From: Nostoc sp. DedSLP01
GTDB taxonomy: Bacteria; Cyanobacteriota; Cyanobacteriia; Cyanobacteriales; Nostocaceae
Reading direction: 5' to 3'
Length of the DNA stretch: 64,000 nucleotides
Assembly (NCBI GenBank): GCA_034530875.2
Contig: JAVRCJ020000004.1
Span: 288,001-352,000, forward strand
Shown here: positions 1 through 9,954 of the stretch, in pieces
Layout: each line of letters starts with the position of its first letter
Numbering within the stretch: position 1 is the stretch's first letter
The notes under the pieces: model-generated
Told to the model about the DNA's origin: nothing
The model's input: only the letters and a program-made list of their open reading frames with translations
Databases searched by the model: none
Translations under genes and position numbers: made by a program

Positions 1-525
1 TTTAAGTTCCTTTATCAATTAGGACTTATCGAGCATTATTAAGAATTGAATTTTTATCCAACGCCTCAAATTTTAGAGAGCAATCTCTATTAATAAACAA
101 CCTCCAGCATAAGTTTATTCTAACTCTCCATCCTTAATAGTGCTGAGTTCGGAAACTCACTATTCTCAAAATCCTCCTTTTTAGGGAGGATAATGACGGA
201 TCTACAATGATTTTGTTTTTGCACGCAAATGTGCGTACACGTAGCCTTTTTTTAGGAACAGTAAATTTTAAATTAGCTGTATTAATTTATGCTTTATTAT
301 TCAGTTATTCTAACTATATAAACGATCGAAGTATTGCTGTAATCAGCATTGATATGCTAAGTAAAATAAAGTACATTGTAATGATAATAAATTTTATTTT
401 TTATGAATTTTGTTACCAGCAAAAACTTTTTCAGTAAATTGCTATAAAATATACTAATAAGAAATACAGAGCAAAGCGGATTAATTCTCTGTCAGCAATA
501 ATTTTTTCCTATAAAGGAGCGCATT

Positions 526-1206
526 ATGGAATATCTCGCTTATTCTCACATGTTTAATGCTCGGGAAGAGGCATCTAAAAATACCGAACATAATCTTGCT
601 AAATCTGCATTTAATTGGCAAAAACCTCTAAAATCTTCTATAGCTATTACTAAAAAAGACGCATCTCCAAAAAGTAAATATAATCTGCTCAAAGATAAAT
701 TTAATTGGAAAAAACTTATTAAATCATCAGCTTGGTTAACTTTCGCTGGCGTTGGTGTATTATTAATTGCTCTCAGCCAAATGCAAATAACTTTGGCAGC
801 GTATGTCAGAACTAACGGCAGTTGTCTGCGTATTCGTACAGGCCCAAGCGCGAACTATTCATCTGTAGATTGTGTAAGAAATGGAGCGCCACTTCCAGCA
901 ATTGAAGGGTATGAAAACGGTTTTGCTAGGCTTTCTACAGGGAGATATGTTTTTGCTCGATGGGTGGCTAATAAACCTAGCATTCCGAACACCAGTAGAC
1001 CTGGTGGTGTTGGCGGTTCGTTCACTCTGACTCCTGGTTCTAGAGGTCAGCTTGTTAGAGACGTTCAAACAGCTTTAGGTAATCTGAGAATCGATGGAAT
1101 TTACGGCCCGGAAACTGTTCGCCAAGTACGAAACTTCCAAGCAAGTAAAGGTCTACTTGTAGATGGTATCGTCGGCCCCGAAACGCGATCGGCTCTGGGG
1201 ATTTAA
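526..1206 (+). CDS. Peptidoglycan-binding protein (signal/TM segment, SH3b-like domain, C-terminal PG_binding_1)
   Basis: CLRIRTGPS SH3b-like motif; C-terminal GSRG..VRDVQ..DGIYGPET..FQ..GL.VDGIVGPET PG-binding motif; AAGGAG RBS upstream. Confidence 0.85.
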   Translation: MEYLAYSHMFNAREEASKNTEHNLAKSAFNWQKPLKSSIAITKKDASPKSKYNLLKDKFNWKKLIKSSAWLTFAGVGVLLIALSQMQITLAAYVRTNGSCLRIRTGPSANYSSVDCVRNGAPLPAIEGYENGFARLSTGRYVFARWVANKPSIPNTSRPGGVGGSFTLTPGSRGQLVRDVQTALGNLRIDGIYGPETVRQVRNFQASKGLLVDGIVGPETRSALGI

Positions 1207-1295
1207 TAAGAAAGGTAAACCAAGCTAGAATCCTCTTCCCTGCTGCCTAGCCTGCGGCATCGCTGGCGCGTACTGCCTCCTGCCTTGCGATAACG

Positions 1296-1433
1296 CAATA
1301 CGGTTCAGTTAAGGTTAAAAACTAAAACTAGCGTAGGTTGGGTTGAGGAACGAAACCCAACATTATCAAAGCTTTGTTGGGTTGAGCCTAAGCGTTACCC
1401 AACAAAGCTGTTCTTCTTAACTGAATCCTATTG
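1296..1433. mobile_element. MITE-like element with terminal inverted repeats and 10-bp target duplication, carrying an internal REP-like palindrome
   Basis: Ends CAATACGGTTCAGTTAAG / CTTAACTGAATCCTATTG; flanks TGCGATAACG and TGCCATAACG (9/10); internal GTAGGTTGGGTTGAGGAACGAAACCCAAC. Confidence 0.7.
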
Positions 1434-1468
1434 TGCCATAACGATGATTTTTAACACTGAGCTACTTA

Positions 1469-2263
1469 CTATGGCTGCGGCGGTCTAGCTATTACTGCCC
1501 ATACTCGATGATGAACTTTCAGAATTGGTGTGGAATATTTTTCTTCAAGTAATACTGCTAATTCTCGGTCAAATATTTCTACTTTTTCTGGTGTTAAGCT
1601 TGCTCCCACGCCCGCACTAGCACGAATTCGTCCCCGCCAATCTTCATGTGAATAGGGCGCAAATACATCGTAAGAAAATGTGCGGATATCTCGAAATCCG
1701 ACTTCTCCAATATCTTGTAACCACTCGGGATGCAATCCATTACCACCAGCCATATTCCAAGCCGGATTGTGAGTTTTTATGAGTTGTTCTGTGGCTTCAA
1801 CGACGTTACCTTTTAAAGGTATCCAATCAAAATGAGCGATCGCAATTAAACCATTCTTTCTCAATATCCTGATAATTTCCTTGACAGCACGCGGACGGTC
1901 AAACCAATGCCAACACTGTCCGGCGGTGACGACATCAGCACTTGCATCTGGTAAGCCAGTATTTTCAGCAGTTGCAACTCGATAATCTACTTTGATTTGG
2001 GCAGCTTCGCTTAACTGTCTGGCTTGTTCTAGAAGTGAAACTGATGGGTCGATGCCAATTACATAAGCACCTCTATCTGCAAAACCCCGCGCTAGCGTTC
2101 CTGTTCCCGTCCCCAGGTCAACAATGTTTTGCCCCGGTAAACCTATACCATATTCAGAAAGTCTGTTAAATAATGAACTGGGAAAGCCAGCGCGGTGTTT
2201 TGCATAATCGACAGCAGTTGCACCAAAATCAATTTTCATACGTTCAAAACTATTCTGTAACAA
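1469..2263 (-). CDS. Class I SAM-dependent methyltransferase
   Basis: VDLGTGTG motif I; DVVTAGQCWHWFD motif. Confidence 0.9.
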   Translation of the reverse strand: MLQNSFERMKIDFGATAVDYAKHRAGFPSSLFNRLSEYGIGLPGQNIVDLGTGTGTLARGFADRGAYVIGIDPSVSLLEQARQLSEAAQIKVDYRVATAENTGLPDASADVVTAGQCWHWFDRPRAVKEIIRILRKNGLIAIAHFDWIPLKGNVVEATEQLIKTHNPAWNMAGGNGLHPEWLQDIGEVGFRDIRTFSYDVFAPYSHEDWRGRIRASAGVGASLTPEKVEIFDRELAVLLEEKYSTPILKVHHRVWAVIARPPQP

Positions 2264-2272
2264 TTGCTTTGG

Positions 2273-2962
2273 CTAGAAGTTTTCTACCCACGGGCGTAGT
2301 TCCACTTCCCATGTCCAAGCACTGCGGGGTTGGCGGAGGATATTGAGATAAGTTTGGGCGATCGCATCTGGATCGAGAGTACTATCAGTATTATCTACTG
2401 GATCTGGGCGGTCTGCTGAACGAATTACACCATCAATAATGAAATGTGCCACATGAATATTCTTTGGTGCAAGTTCCTTAGCAATACTCTGAGCTAAACC
2501 CCGCAGTGCAAATTTACCCATTGCAAAGGGAGCAGCTTGAGGAAAAGCCTTAACGCTGGCTGTGGCTCCAGTAAAGAAGATTGCCCCACCCCCCTGCGCT
2601 AACATCCTTTTGGCAGCAGCTTGGGCAACTAGAAAGCCTCCGTATGCAGTCACTTCTAGAGTTTTTGCCACACCAACGGGATCTAACTCAACCAAAGACC
2701 CCCGCACGCGATAACTAGGGTTATAAATTACGATATTTGGCAAACCTAGCTGATTTTCAACATTAATAAATAACTGTTCGACTTCATCTGGTTTTGAAGC
2801 GTCAGCGGCAAAACTAACCGCCGCAATTTCAGTAGTTAGCTGGTTGAGTTTTTCTGTTTGACGAGCTGCTAAAGCGACGCTGATTCCCTCTTTGGCAAAT
2901 AACCGGGCTAAAGAGGCACTTAGTCCGCTACCTGCTCCGACTATCAATGCTGTTGTTGCCAT
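2273..2962 (-). CDS. Short-chain dehydrogenase/reductase
   Basis: N-terminal IVGAGSGLS Rossmann motif; TGATAS, FAMGKFALRGLAQS. Confidence 0.9.
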   Translation of the reverse strand: MATTALIVGAGSGLSASLARLFAKEGISVALAARQTEKLNQLTTEIAAVSFAADASKPDEVEQLFINVENQLGLPNIVIYNPSYRVRGSLVELDPVGVAKTLEVTAYGGFLVAQAAAKRMLAQGGGAIFFTGATASVKAFPQAAPFAMGKFALRGLAQSIAKELAPKNIHVAHFIIDGVIRSADRPDPVDNTDSTLDPDAIAQTYLNILRQPRSAWTWEVELRPWVENF

Positions 2963-2966
2963 AATT

Positions 2967-4259
2967 TCAAGTTTCCTGTTTTAATAGCTGTGAATTGCCC
3001 CTAGTAGGGCTTTGACCAATCCGCAGTACGCAAACTGCGGCAATTAAGCATAGAAGGCCAGATAAAATAAACGCTTGCAAATAACTACCCGTCTGCGTTC
3101 TTAAGGCTCCGGCTCCTAATGCTGCCGTGGCTGCACCGATTTGATGTCCTGCTACAATCCAGCCAAACATGACGCCGACATTTTCTTTACCGAAGGCATT
3201 GGCGACAAGACGTACTGTAGGCGGTACAGTGGCAATCCAATCAAGTCCATAGAAGACGGCGAAGGCAGAAAGCCCATAAAAAGAAAAATTGAAACTGAAG
3301 GGTAAGAAAATCAAAGACAAACCCCGAAGCCCGTAGTACCAGCATAATAAGTAGCGATTATTCCAACGGTCAGATAGCCAGCCGGAAATAGTTGTCCCCA
3401 GAAAATCAAATAGACCCATGATTGCTAAAAGACTTGCTGCCTTGACTTCTGGGATACCATTATCGATACAAGCGGGAATTAGATGAGTGCCAATCAAGCC
3501 ATTTGTGCTTGCGCCGCAGATAAAAAAGCTACCAAATAACAGCCAAAAGTCGCGGTTACCCATTCCCAGCCAAAGGGCACTGAAGGTAGAGGCGATGGAA
3601 TTTGTTTTCGGCTGGATTGCTTCCCCAGTTTCGCTCTTGTCGCCAAAGGGTCGCAAACCGACTTCTGCCGGCCGATCGCGCATAAAAATTGCGATCGCTG
3701 GAATAATTAAAACTGCCGCACCAGTGAGAACTAAAGCCGCAGTTCGCCAGCCAAAGCGATCGGCAATGGAAGCTAGTATCGGTAAAAACACCAGTTGTCC
3801 GGTAGCTGTACTCGCAGTCAAGATACCAAGAACCAAACCCCGTCTTTCAAAAAACCAGCGATTGACAACAATTGCCCCCAAAACGAGGGCGATAACTCCG
3901 CTACCACAACCGACAACTATGCCCCACAACAATACTAGCTGCCAGGGCGCTGACATGAAAGTAGTTAAACCGACACCAATCGCGATCGCACCCAGCGCAC
4001 ACACCATCATCCGCCGAATGCCGATTTGTTCCATGAGTGTGGCAGCAAAAGGGCCGATTAGTCCGTAAAGTACCAAGTTCAGCGATATCGCCAAAGATAT
4101 AGTAGCTCTACTCCAACCGAATTCTTGTTCGAGAGGTACGATAAAAACTCCGGGAGCAGAGCGAATTCCAGCAGCCACCAGCAAGGCGAGGAATGTTAAA
4201 CCTGCCGCAATCCATGCATAGTGGAATGAACGACGCGCTAGGAAGGAGGGTAGGGACAT
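2967..4259 (-). CDS. MFS transporter
   Basis: About 12 hydrophobic helices; GWLSDRW motif A-like loop. Confidence 0.9.
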   Translation of the reverse strand: MSLPSFLARRSFHYAWIAAGLTFLALLVAAGIRSAPGVFIVPLEQEFGWSRATISLAISLNLVLYGLIGPFAATLMEQIGIRRMMVCALGAIAIGVGLTTFMSAPWQLVLLWGIVVGCGSGVIALVLGAIVVNRWFFERRGLVLGILTASTATGQLVFLPILASIADRFGWRTAALVLTGAAVLIIPAIAIFMRDRPAEVGLRPFGDKSETGEAIQPKTNSIASTFSALWLGMGNRDFWLLFGSFFICGASTNGLIGTHLIPACIDNGIPEVKAASLLAIMGLFDFLGTTISGWLSDRWNNRYLLCWYYGLRGLSLIFLPFSFNFSFYGLSAFAVFYGLDWIATVPPTVRLVANAFGKENVGVMFGWIVAGHQIGAATAALGAGALRTQTGSYLQAFILSGLLCLIAAVCVLRIGQSPTRGNSQLLKQET

Positions 4260-4442
4260 GGTTGGGGATTGGGGAGATAGAGGAGACAGGGAGATGGGGA
4301 GATGGACAGGCAGGGGAGCAGGGAGTAGAGGAGAGAATAATAACTCCTAACTCTTGTACAGACAAGGGTTAATCGGATCTCTCCTTACTCATCAGCACTC
4401 CCAATCCCCAGTCACCAGTCCCCAGTCCCCATTTACAAAAGA

Positions 4443-5108
4443 TTAATCCTGATATGGGTTACCGATTCTGTCTACAGAAACGTTGTAGGAAAATGGCAAA
4501 CGACCGGGATTTAAACGTGGTTCTGCTGCGTAGCCGACGGGAACTAAAACAGCGATCGCTAAATGTGGATCTTCCGCTGCACCAATCACTTCTTTGACTT
4601 TCTCTTCAATCCAACCGTTCATAAAACAAGTGGACAACCCCAAACTTTCTGCTGCTAATACCAAATGGGTAGCAGCAATGATCGCATCTTTAATGGCATA
4701 TTCGCGTTTCTTGTCGCCCAATCCACCTTGGAATTGTGGGATGGCGTTTCTAAAGTAGTCTACGGTCTGTTCATTCCATGCCCCAGTCTTTTGTGCCTGC
4801 TCCAGAATTGGGGTTAAGTCTTGTTCGCCTGCGTTGGGATTGGCAGCAAACACAAAGGTTACAGGTGCTTGAACAATTTGCTGCTGATTCCAAGCTGCTG
4901 CTGAGAGCGCGGCCTTTTGGGCTTCATCTTGCACAAGAATAATTTGCCAGTCTTGGATATTAAAACTGCTGGGCGCTGCCACAGTTAACTCTACCAATTG
5001 TTTGAGCAGTTCTGGAGCGATGGGGTCTGGTTTAAAAGTTTTGATCGAACGACGTTGAGCGATCGCAGTTGGTACATCTAAAGCTTGGATTTGCGCGATT
5101 GTACTCAT
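4443..5108 (-). CDS. Nitroreductase family protein
   Basis: RRSIKTF, APSSFNIQDW, LAAESLGLSTC motifs. Confidence 0.9.
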   Translation of the reverse strand: MSTIAQIQALDVPTAIAQRRSIKTFKPDPIAPELLKQLVELTVAAPSSFNIQDWQIILVQDEAQKAALSAAAWNQQQIVQAPVTFVFAANPNAGEQDLTPILEQAQKTGAWNEQTVDYFRNAIPQFQGGLGDKKREYAIKDAIIAATHLVLAAESLGLSTCFMNGWIEEKVKEVIGAAEDPHLAIAVLVPVGYAAEPRLNPGRLPFSYNVSVDRIGNPYQD

Positions 5109-5372
5109 GGGATTGTCCTGATAGTTAAAGTTATGAAAGGTTTGTGGATTTTACTCTGCATAGAGTAATTCAGCAGCATTAGAGAAGGGTGAGTATAATG
5201 TGTTCTTCTCTAATTCGCATCTATATTAACTGGGTTAGATATGTGTTCGTCGATAATGCGCGATTGTCCCCTGCTCCCCGATCCCTGCCCGCTAAATGAT
5301 AAGTCTTCAACCGGACACGATATGACATCTCAGAGTGCGAAAACTGAGTTTTAATTATTCAGATGAAAAAAA

Positions 5373-6485
5373 TTAGGCGTTGGCTACCTGTTCGCTGGGA
5401 GTTGTCCAAAATGGATAGTCTGTATATCCGTGTTCGCCGCCTCCATAAAAGGTGGCTTGATTTGCTTCGTTTAGTGGCGCATTCAAAGCGAAGCGTCGAG
5501 GTAAATCAGGATTTGAGATAAATAACGTGCCAAAGGCAACTAAATCGGCTGTTTTGTTGGCGATTACAGCATCGGCTTTTTCACGAGTATAACCACCATT
5601 GACGATGAGTGTATTTGTAAAGCGATCGCGTATGTGACTAGTGGGTACAACAATCGCGCCATGTCTGATATCTGCATCTAATGCCTCAAAAATATGCAGA
5701 TATCCCAAATTAAACTGATTCAAAGCACCAGCCGCATAACCAAATGTTTCCACTGGATTGGAGTCACGCATATCGTTAAAAGTTCCACTGGGAGATAAAC
5801 GTACCCCTACTCGATGAGAATCCCACACACTAGTTACCGCCTCTGTCACTTCAAACAAAAATCGAGTCCGATTTTCAATGGAACCACCATATTTATCTGT
5901 GCGCTGATTTGTACCATCCCGCAGAAACTGATCTATTAAATAACCATTAGCTGCATGAATTTCTACGCCATCAAACCCAGCTGCCAGGGCATTTGCAGCT
6001 GCTTGACGATACTGTTCGACTATCTGGGGTATTTCTGAAGTTTCTAAAGCACGGGGAGTCACAAAGGGTTTAGGCCCCTCAAAAGTTGAGGCTTCACCTC
6101 TAGCAGCAATAGCAGAAGGAGCCACAGGTAAAGCTCCATCGGGTTGTAAGTCGGGGTGAGAAATCCTGCCTACATGCCATAATTGCAGAAAAATTCTCCC
6201 TCCTTCATGATGTACAGCATCGGTGACTAACTTCCAACCTTCCACTTGCTCTGGTGAATGAATCCCAGGCGTACCGGGATAGCCTTGTCCTTCTGGACTG
6301 ACCTGTGTTGCTTCAGAAATAATCAGTCCAGCCGAAGCACGTTGGGCATAGTAGGTAGCATTGAGTTGATATGGTACATTTCCCTCACCCGCCCTATTCC
6401 GAGTTAACGGCGCCATCACTATCCGGTTCGGTAGTTCCAGATTCCCTAATTGATAAGGTGAAAATAAGTTAATATCGATACCCAT
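5373..6485 (-). CDS. Alkene reductase, old yellow enzyme family (NemA-like)
   Basis: NRIVMAPLTRNRA, QLWHVGRISH, EIHAANGYLIDQF motifs. Confidence 0.93.
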   Translation of the reverse strand: MGIDINLFSPYQLGNLELPNRIVMAPLTRNRAGEGNVPYQLNATYYAQRASAGLIISEATQVSPEGQGYPGTPGIHSPEQVEGWKLVTDAVHHEGGRIFLQLWHVGRISHPDLQPDGALPVAPSAIAARGEASTFEGPKPFVTPRALETSEIPQIVEQYRQAAANALAAGFDGVEIHAANGYLIDQFLRDGTNQRTDKYGGSIENRTRFLFEVTEAVTSVWDSHRVGVRLSPSGTFNDMRDSNPVETFGYAAGALNQFNLGYLHIFEALDADIRHGAIVVPTSHIRDRFTNTLIVNGGYTREKADAVIANKTADLVAFGTLFISNPDLPRRFALNAPLNEANQATFYGGGEHGYTDYPFWTTPSEQVANA

Positions 6486-6617
6486 TGGTTATATCTCCAA
6501 ATTGTCATTTGTTATTAGTGATTTGCCAAACAGGGTATGGGGCAGAAGTTATTTAATTTTGAATTTTGAATTTTGAATTTTGAATTGATTTGTCTCCCCA
6601 TGCCCCACTCTCGCACA

Positions 6618-7412
6618 TTAAACAATCGACCGAATAACACCACCGTCTACCCGCAAAGCTGCACCATTGGTTGCTGACGCCAGGGGGCTGGATAGGTAAA
6701 CGACCATCGCCGCTACTTCTTCATTTGTTGCAAAGCGTTTAATTAGGGAAGTTGGACGTACATTTTGGAAAAATTCCGCCTCAACTTGGGCTGGACTAAC
6801 ACTACGTTCCTGCGCTAGGTTGGAAATAAAATCTTCAACACCTTCGGAACGGGTTGGCCCTGGTAAGACCGAGTTCACGGTGACTCCAGTACCAACTGTC
6901 ATTTCTGCTAGACCCCGCGCAATGGCAAGCTGGGCTGTCTTAGTTGTGCCGTAGTGAATCATTTCCACAGGAATCTGAATAGCAGATTCACTGGAGATAA
7001 AAATTATCCGCCCCCAATTTTGGTCTAGCTGCTTTTGCAAATATTGCCGACTCAAACGAACTCCACTGAGTACGTTTACCTCAAATATTTTTAACCAGTC
7101 TTCATCAGTAATCTCAAAGAAGGTTTTTGGCTCATAGATACCTAGATTGTTAATTAGGATATCAACATGACGAACTTCTTGAAAAAGTTGTTCGACTCCT
7201 GCTTTTGTAGCTGTGTCAGCAACAACGCCAGAAACTTTCGCTTCAGGTACACTTTGCTGAATTTTAGCGATCGCCTGTGCTACTCTTTGCTCAGACCGAC
7301 CGTTAACAACTACTGCTGCACCCTCTTGAGCTAGCGCTTGGGCTATGGCAAAACCAATACCTGCGGTTGAGCCAGTTACCAATGCGGATTTACCATGCAA
7401 TTTCAAGTCCAT
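6618..7412 (-). CDS. Short-chain dehydrogenase/reductase
   Basis: TGSTAGIG and YGTTK catalytic motif. Confidence 0.92.
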   Translation of the reverse strand: MDLKLHGKSALVTGSTAGIGFAIAQALAQEGAAVVVNGRSEQRVAQAIAKIQQSVPEAKVSGVVADTATKAGVEQLFQEVRHVDILINNLGIYEPKTFFEITDEDWLKIFEVNVLSGVRLSRQYLQKQLDQNWGRIIFISSESAIQIPVEMIHYGTTKTAQLAIARGLAEMTVGTGVTVNSVLPGPTRSEGVEDFISNLAQERSVSPAQVEAEFFQNVRPTSLIKRFATNEEVAAMVVYLSSPLASATNGAALRVDGGVIRSIV

Positions 7413-7567
7413 TTGGCTCTTTTCCCGTTAATTTACTTTGGGATTAGGGACTGGTGACTGGTGACTGGTGACTAGGGACTGGGAGTTCTGAGTGCTGAAT
7501 TATGAGTTATGAGTGATTCTCCTCTGCCCCCTGCTCCCCTGCTTCCCCATCTCCCCAGTCCCCAGAT

Positions 7568-7891
7568 CTAAAGATGCTGTGCTAAGGTCTTATTCAAGGT
7601 AGTCTTGGGAACTGCCCCTACCACAGTATCGACTTGCCGACCTTGTTTAAAAACCATTAGCGTTGGAATGCTGCGAATTCCATAATGGCTGGCTACAGTA
7701 GGATTTTGATCTGTGTTTAGCTTGACTACTTTTACCTGTCCTTCATATTCAGCAGCAACTTCATCTACAACCGGAGCCACCATCCGACAAGGGCCGCACC
7801 ACGGTGCCCAAAAGTCCACTAAGACTGGAATTGCACTTTCCAAGACTTCTTGCTTGAATGTGGCTTCTGTGACATTTGTAATGGATGACAT
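7568..7891 (-). CDS. trxA: Thioredoxin (m-type; TrxA2-like given RexT neighbour)
   Basis: WAPWCGPCR active site, 107 aa. Confidence 0.95.
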   Translation of the reverse strand: MSSITNVTEATFKQEVLESAIPVLVDFWAPWCGPCRMVAPVVDEVAAEYEGQVKVVKLNTDQNPTVASHYGIRSIPTLMVFKQGRQVDTVVGAVPKTTLNKTLAQHL

Positions 7892-7917
7892 AAATTGCCT
7901 TCCTGATTAATTCTATT

Positions 7918-7934
7918 ATTCGATAATATCGAAT
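7918..7934. promoter_or_regulatory. Palindromic operator, probable RexT/ArsR binding site
   Basis: Perfect inverted repeat ATTCGATA-A-TATCGAAT in the 80-bp gap between divergent trxA and the ArsR gene. Confidence 0.7.
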
Positions 7935-7971
7935 TATAAAAATATATGCCACTTGATGGGATAATGCAAGC

Positions 7972-8331
7972 ATGAGATTCCTTTATCATCCAGATAGAAA
8001 AAATATTTCCTTACCCGGAGTGTTATATGCATTGGGCGACCCAGTGCGGTTAGAGATTGTCCGGCTCTTAGCTAGTGAGGGAGAACAGTGCTGTGCGAGG
8101 TTTGATTTTGCGATCGCCAAGTCTACTATGTCCAATCACTTTAAAATTTTACGCGAATCGGGGATAGTATTTACACGTAAAGAAGGAACACAGCACATTA
8201 ATATACTGCGGCGTGAAGATTTAGAGATGCTGTTTCCAGGTTTGTTGGATGCGGTGTTGAAAGCAGCTCAACCATTCTCTGCTGACGCTGTAAATACTAC
8301 GCAAACAGCCTCAACTAAAGCTCATAAATAA
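7972..8331 (+). CDS. rexT: ArsR/SmtB-family redox-sensing repressor (RexT-like)
   Basis: LYALGDPVRLEIV, CC pair, KSTMSNHFKILRESG winged helix; divergent from thioredoxin as known for Anabaena rexT-trxA2. Confidence 0.75.
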   Translation: MRFLYHPDRKNISLPGVLYALGDPVRLEIVRLLASEGEQCCARFDFAIAKSTMSNHFKILRESGIVFTRKEGTQHINILRREDLEMLFPGLLDAVLKAAQPFSADAVNTTQTASTKAHK

Positions 8332-8573
8332 ACTTGCAACCATGATTTATAGCCTCTGGCAAGTTCCTGAATAAAATTGAGTTCTTCAGCCTCAAGATTA
8401 TTAAATAGATTGCGATATTGCCAACCACGCTCGTAACGACTCAGCATTTGTTCTGGAGTAAACCGATATACGTCAGTGGTTTGCCAACAGATTGACTCCA
8501 GAAAAGGCAACTTTTTGGGAACAATCAGAGGATTATTTTCTGGCTTTGCGGTTGCCATAACTGTTTTTATCAA
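8322..8573 (-). CDS. Conserved cyanobacterial-type hypothetical protein
   Basis: ORF directly downstream of hpnB on the same strand; LPFLESICWQ...MLSRYERGW looks protein-like. Confidence 0.6.
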   Translation of the reverse strand: MIKTVMATAKPENNPLIVPKKLPFLESICWQTTDVYRFTPEQMLSRYERGWQYRNLFNNLEAEELNFIQELARGYKSWLQVYL

Positions 8574-8595
8574 CTACTTTTGGCTTGCTTTAATT

Positions 8596-9831
8596 TTACG
8601 GATAAACTCTTCCTTTCCAACTGCCACCGCGTCCTTGCCAGTGACGGATTGCAGAATCTAGAGTCATCAAAGTATAGAGAAAAGCGATCGCAGGTAAACT
8701 AAAAGCTAACCAAAAAGAACATTTATAAAAGCGAATTGTTGGATAGTAAGCCCAGGTCATTAATAACCAAGAGAATAAAGCTGTAAATAAGATTGCCCAA
8801 TTACCCCAAATTACACCCAAAATCACACCGAGAGGTGGAACTAAATAAATTAAGCTCATCCCTACCAAAGTTCCCAATAGTAATAATGGAGAATAATTCA
8901 GTTGCGTATAGGCAGTACGAGCAACCATATCCCAAATTGTCGCCAGGGAATTATAAGGACGCAAACTCCGAGTTAAAGTACTCAATCCCAACCAGATACG
9001 CCCTGTACTGGTGATTGGCGATTGGGGATTGGGTATTGGGGATTGGAAAAACTCTTTCCTAGTCCCCAGTCTCCAGTCCCCAGTCCCTCTCTTAACCGCC
9101 CCAGCCAAGGCACAATCATCAATTAAAGCTTGGCGAATCGTTTGAATACCCCCAATTCGCTCTAAAGCTGCTCGACGAATTAGAATCGAGCCTCCAGCAG
9201 CAGCGGCTATGGGATGCTTGGGATTATTCACCCAGCGGAAAGGATAGAGTTTTTGGAAGAAAAAGACGAAAGCGGGAATCAATAATTTTTCCCAAAAGCT
9301 TTCACACCTGAGCCGCACCATTACAGAAACCAAGTCTAAATTTTCCTGCTCGGCTTTAGCAATCAGTCGCTGGAGATTACTAACATCATGTTGGATATCT
9401 GCGTCGGTGAGGAAATAATAGTCAGGTGCTAATAAACTCGCGCTATTTATACCTTGCTCAACTGCCCATAGTTTCCCCGACCAACCGGGAGGTAGCGATT
9501 CTCCAGAAATAATATGCAATTGCTGGGATTTACCTAAGGCGTAGGCGACTCCTTCGGCAAAGTTTGCTGTACCGTCCGTGCTCCGGTCGTCTACTAAAAA
9601 CACGTCCAAAGAACCAGGATAATCTTGGAGTAAGAGCGATCGCAAGCTGATTGGTAACAACTCAGCTTCGTTACGCGCAGGCACCACCGCACAAATCACA
9701 GGTAAAGACGTTGTATACAATGTCTCCACCTCTAATTGCTGGTCTAGCCGCCAAAAATGCCCCCAAAAACACAGTAATCCTAACCAAATTGTTAAGGATA
9801 AAAGCATCAATCCTAATACAATTACACCCAT
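8596..9831 (-). CDS. hpnB: Hopanoid-associated family 2 glycosyltransferase HpnB
   Basis: PARNEA, DDRSTDGT, GWSGKLWA, TDAD, WDMVARTAYTQL, WKGR; divergent from shc. Confidence 0.85.
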   Translation of the reverse strand: MGVIVLGLMLLSLTIWLGLLCFWGHFWRLDQQLEVETLYTTSLPVICAVVPARNEAELLPISLRSLLLQDYPGSLDVFLVDDRSTDGTANFAEGVAYALGKSQQLHIISGESLPPGWSGKLWAVEQGINSASLLAPDYYFLTDADIQHDVSNLQRLIAKAEQENLDLVSVMVRLRCESFWEKLLIPAFVFFFQKLYPFRWVNNPKHPIAAAAGGSILIRRAALERIGGIQTIRQALIDDCALAGAVKRGTGDWRLGTRKEFFQSPIPNPQSPITSTGRIWLGLSTLTRSLRPYNSLATIWDMVARTAYTQLNYSPLLLLGTLVGMSLIYLVPPLGVILGVIWGNWAILFTALFSWLLMTWAYYPTIRFYKCSFWLAFSLPAIAFLYTLMTLDSAIRHWQGRGGSWKGRVYP

Positions 9832-9954
9832 GACCTATTGCAAATTGTCAGTGACTCAGACACAATACTATGTCTCTTGATAGAGAAAAATAATTTTTTT
9901 CCGTGTACTGCCGTTATTTATAACTAGGTTGAGTGTTGAGGTTGAACGGTTTTC

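Noticed and set aside
207..437. 76-aa ORF, and similar short AT-rich or antisense ORFs (e.g. 3487-4068, 20092-20361, 31338-31556, 60450-60644)
   Set aside because: No motifs, or shadow frames of real genes.
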